DNA of 64,000 nucleotides from NCBI GenBank assembly GCA_047602405.1, contig JASGHJ010000002.1, forward strand, positions 3,168,001 through 3,232,000, written 5' to 3'. This stretch comes from Anaeromyxobacteraceae bacterium (GTDB lineage: Bacteria; Myxococcota; Myxococcia; Myxococcales; Anaeromyxobacteraceae). The position numbers and the translations under genes were made by a program. The notes below the pieces were generated by a model. That model worked only from the letters and a program-made list of their open reading frames with translations. It searched no databases and was not told where the DNA came from. Each line of letters begins with the position of its first letter. Positions within the stretch are counted from its first letter, which is position 1. Shown piece after piece: positions 61,140 through 64,000 of the stretch.

Positions 61140-63233
61140 ATGGACGCCCCTGCCCTGCCCGTCAGCTCCGCCCCCGCCCGGCCGCGCTCGTCGCTCGCCG
61201 GCCCCATCTTCTGGACCGCGGTCCGGGATGCGTTCGCGAAGCTCGACCCGCGCCACCTGCTCCGCAACCCGGTCATGTTCACGGTCGAGCTCGGGAGCGC
61301 CTTCACGACCGTGCTCTGGGTGCACGCGGTGACGACCGGCGCGGGCGACGCCCCGAGCGGCTTCATCCTCGCGGTGTCCCTCTGGCTCTGGTTCACGGTC
61401 CTCTTCGCCAACTTCGCGGAGGCGATCGCCGAAGGGCGCGGCAAGGCCCAGGCCGAGGCGCTGCGCCGGGCGCGCCGCGACGTCACGGCGCTGCGCCTCG
61501 CGTCGGCGGATCGCGGGTCCCCCCGCGAGGAGGTGGTCGCGGCCCTGCTGCGCGCCGGCGACCACGTGTGGGTCGAGCAGGGCATGACGATCCCCGGCGA
61601 CGGCGAGGTCGTGGAGGGCATCGCGTCGGTGGACGAGAGCGCCATCACCGGCGAGTCGGCGCCGGTCATCCGCGAGAGCGGCGGCGACCGGAGCGCGGTC
61701 ACCGGGGGGACCCGCGTGCTCTCCGACGGGATCGTCGTGCGGATCACCGCCGAGCCGGGCGCCTCGTTCCTCGACCGGATGATCGCCCTCGTCGAGGGCG
61801 CGAAGCGCAGGAAGACCCCGAACGAGATCGCGCTCGACATCCTGCTCGCCGGGATGACCGTGATCTTCCTGCTCGCCACCGCGACGTTGCTCCCGTTCTC
61901 GTACTTCGCCGTCCAGACCTCGGGGCAGGGTGCGCCGGTGCCGCTCACCGTGCTCGTGGCGCTCCTCGTCTGCCTCATCCCCACCACGATCGGCGGGCTC
62001 CTCTCCGCGATCGGCATCGCCGGCATGGACCGGATGATCCAGGCGAACGTCATCGCCACCTCGGGCCGGGCGGTCGAGGCCGCGGGCGACGTCGATCTCC
62101 TGCTCCTCGACAAGACGGGGACGATCACCCTCGGCAACCGCCGCGCCACCGCCTTCCTGCCCGTCTCGGGCGTGGACGACCGCACGCTCGCCGACGCGGC
62201 CCAGCTCGCCTCCCTCGCGGACGAGACGCCCGAGGGGCGCAGCATCGTCGTCCTCGCGAAGGAGCGCCACGGCCTGCGCGGCCGCGAGCTCGAGGGCGGC
62301 ACCCCGGTGCCCTTCAGCGCGCAGACCCGCATGAGCGGCGTCGACCTCTCGAGCCGCAGGCTGCGCAAGGGTGCCGCGGACGCGGTCGCGAAGTTCGTGA
62401 CCGGCGAGGCCGGCACCTTCCCGGACGAGGCCCGGCGCATCGCCGAGGACGTGGCCCGCCGCGGCGCCACGCCGCTCGTCGTCTGCGACGGCGCGCGGGT
62501 GCTCGGCGTCGTCGAGCTGAAGGACGTCGTGAAGGGAGGCATCCGGGAGAAGTTCGCCGAGCTCCGCCGGATGGGCATCCGGACCGTGATGATCACCGGC
62601 GACAACCCGCTCACCGCGGCGTCGATCGCCGCCGAGGCCGGGGTCGACGACTTCCTCGCCGAGGCCACCCCGGAGCTGAAGCTCGCCCACATCCGCCAGT
62701 GGCAGGCGAAGGGCCACCTCGTCGCCATGACCGGCGATGGGACGAACGACGCCCCCGCGCTCGCGCAGGCGGACGTCGCGGTCGCCATGAACACCGGGAC
62801 CCAGGCCGCGAAGGAGGCCGGGAACATGGTCGACCTCGACTCGAACCCGACGAAGCTCATCCAGATCGTCGAGATCGGGAAGCAGCTGCTCATGACCCGC
62901 GGCGCGCTCACCACGTTCAGCATCGCGAACGACGTCGCGAAGTACTTCGCCATCATCCCCGCCGCGTTCGCCGTCACCTACCCGGTGCTGCGCCGGCTCG
63001 ACGTCATGCACCTCAGCTCGCCGTGGAGCGCCATCCTCTCCGCGGTGATCTTCAACGCGCTCGTCATCGTCTTCCTCATCCCGCTCGCCCTGCGCGGCGT
63101 GCGCTACCGCCCGGCGCCGGCGAAGGCGATCCTCGCCCGGCATGCGCTGATCTACGGCCTGGGCGGCGTGATCGTCCCGTTCGCCGGCATCAAGGCCATC
63201 GACGTCCTCCTGGGCGTCCTCCACCTCGCGTGA
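61140..63233 (+). CDS. kdpB: K+-transporting ATPase subunit B
   Basis: [27 protein letters not shown]. Confidence 0.97.
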   Translation: MDAPALPVSSAPARPRSSLAGPIFWTAVRDAFAKLDPRHLLRNPVMFTVELGSAFTTVLWVHAVTTGAGDAPSGFILAVSLWLWFTVLFANFAEAIAEGRGKAQAEALRRARRDVTALRLASADRGSPREEVVAALLRAGDHVWVEQGMTIPGDGEVVEGIASVDESAITGESAPVIRESGGDRSAVTGGTRVLSDGIVVRITAEPGASFLDRMIALVEGAKRRKTPNEIALDILLAGMTVIFLLATATLLPFSYFAVQTSGQGAPVPLTVLVALLVCLIPTTIGGLLSAIGIAGMDRMIQANVIATSGRAVEAAGDVDLLLLDKTGTITLGNRRATAFLPVSGVDDRTLADAAQLASLADETPEGRSIVVLAKERHGLRGRELEGGTPVPFSAQTRMSGVDLSSRRLRKGAADAVAKFVTGEAGTFPDEARRIAEDVARRGATPLVVCDGARVLGVVELKDVVKGGIREKFAELRRMGIRTVMITGDNPLTAASIAAEAGVDDFLAEATPELKLAHIRQWQAKGHLVAMTGDGTNDAPALAQADVAVAMNTGTQAAKEAGNMVDLDSNPTKLIQIVEIGKQLLMTRGALTTFSIANDVAKYFAIIPAAFAVTYPVLRRLDVMHLSSPWSAILSAVIFNALVIVFLIPLALRGVRYRPAPAKAILARHALIYGLGGVIVPFAGIKAIDVLLGVLHLA

Positions 63234-63244
63234 GGAGCACCGCC

Positions 63245-63811
63245 ATGATCCGCCCCGCCCTCGTCCTCCTCGCCTCGTTCTCGGTGCTGTGCGGCCTCGC
63301 CTATCCGGCGCTCGTCACCGGGATCGCCCAGGTGGCGTTCCCGTCCCGGGCGAACGGCAGCCCGGTCACCGCCGGCGGCCGGGTGGTCGGCTCGTCGCGC
63401 CTCGGCCAGGCGTGGGACGAGCCGCGGTACCTCTGGGGCCGGCCCTCGGCCCTCGCGCCCGTGCCGTACGACGGCCGGAGCTCCGCCGGGTCGAACCTCG
63501 GCCCGCTCAACCCCGCGCTGCTCGACGCGGTCAGGGCCAGGGTCGCGGCGCTGCGCGCGGCCGACCCGGGCAACGTCGCCCCGGTCCCGGTGGACCTCGT
63601 CACCGCCTCAGGGAGCGGCCTCGACCCCGACGTCTCCCCCGCGGCCGCGCTCTACCAGGTGCCCCGGATCGCGCGCGCGCGCGGGTTGCCCGAGGCGCGG
63701 GTGCGCGCGCTCGTCCAGGCCCACGTGGAGCCCGCCTTGCTCGGCCTCGTCGGCGCCCCGCGCGTGAACGTCCTCGCCGTCAACCTCGCCCTCGACGGGC
63801 TCGCGCCGTAG
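63245..63811 (+). CDS. kdpC: K+-transporting ATPase subunit C
   Basis: [37 protein letters not shown]. Confidence 0.95.
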   Translation: MIRPALVLLASFSVLCGLAYPALVTGIAQVAFPSRANGSPVTAGGRVVGSSRLGQAWDEPRYLWGRPSALAPVPYDGRSSAGSNLGPLNPALLDAVRARVAALRAADPGNVAPVPVDLVTASGSGLDPDVSPAAALYQVPRIARARGLPEARVRALVQAHVEPALLGLVGAPRVNVLAVNLALDGLAP

Positions 63812-63820
63812 ACTCCCACG

Positions 63821-64000
63821 GTGCACCCCGACGAGCGCCACCCGCCCGAGCGGCCGGATCCCGACGCGCTCCTCGCGCGGGTGAACGCGGCGGACGGCCG
63901 CGGCGGGCGCGCGCGCTTCAAGATCTTCTTCGGCTTCGCGCCCGGCGTCGGGAAGACCTACCGGATGCTGCAGGTGGCGCGGGACCTCGTGGCGGAGGGC
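63821..64000 (+). CDS. kdpD: Sensor kinase KdpD, 5' part
   Basis: RPDPDALL...FKIFFGFAPGVGKTYRML. Confidence 0.9.
   Translation, partial: MHPDERHPPERPDPDALLARVNAADGRGGRARFKIFFGFAPGVGKTYRMLQVARDLVAEG

Overview
Very GC-rich bacterial DNA whose gene content and codon style suggest an Anaeromyxobacter-like myxobacterium (inference). The left edge holds a tyrosine integrase (missed by the ORF track) next to a 3' tRNA-Pro(GGG) fragment that marks an att site, followed by a lower-GC three-gene module. Next come an SGNH hydrolase, an RCC1-repeat lipoprotein and a hybrid histidine kinase. A ~24 kb Wzx/Wzy-type polysaccharide locus follows (wzb, two wzc, wza, capD-like dehydratase, two aminotransferases, flippase, GTs, GNAT/acyltransferases, two beta-helix paralogs). 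The rest contains assorted enzymes, an IS110 element, a phosphoesterase + GT21 operon, a CPA2 antiporter, ptrB, an FHA-cyclase/Ser-Thr kinase/AKR operon, and an APC permease divergent from kdpFABC(D). Best leads: (1) the IS110 non-coding end has bridge-RNA-like loops matching its own reconstructed target and donor sites; (2) a multi-stem RNA leader precedes an operon in which both genes appear to start at CTG; (3) most frameshifts sit on GATC, suggesting methylation-linked sequencing errors rather than pseudogenes; (4) an uncharacterised GNAT-like module sits at the tRNA att site. All calls are by eye; no searches were run.
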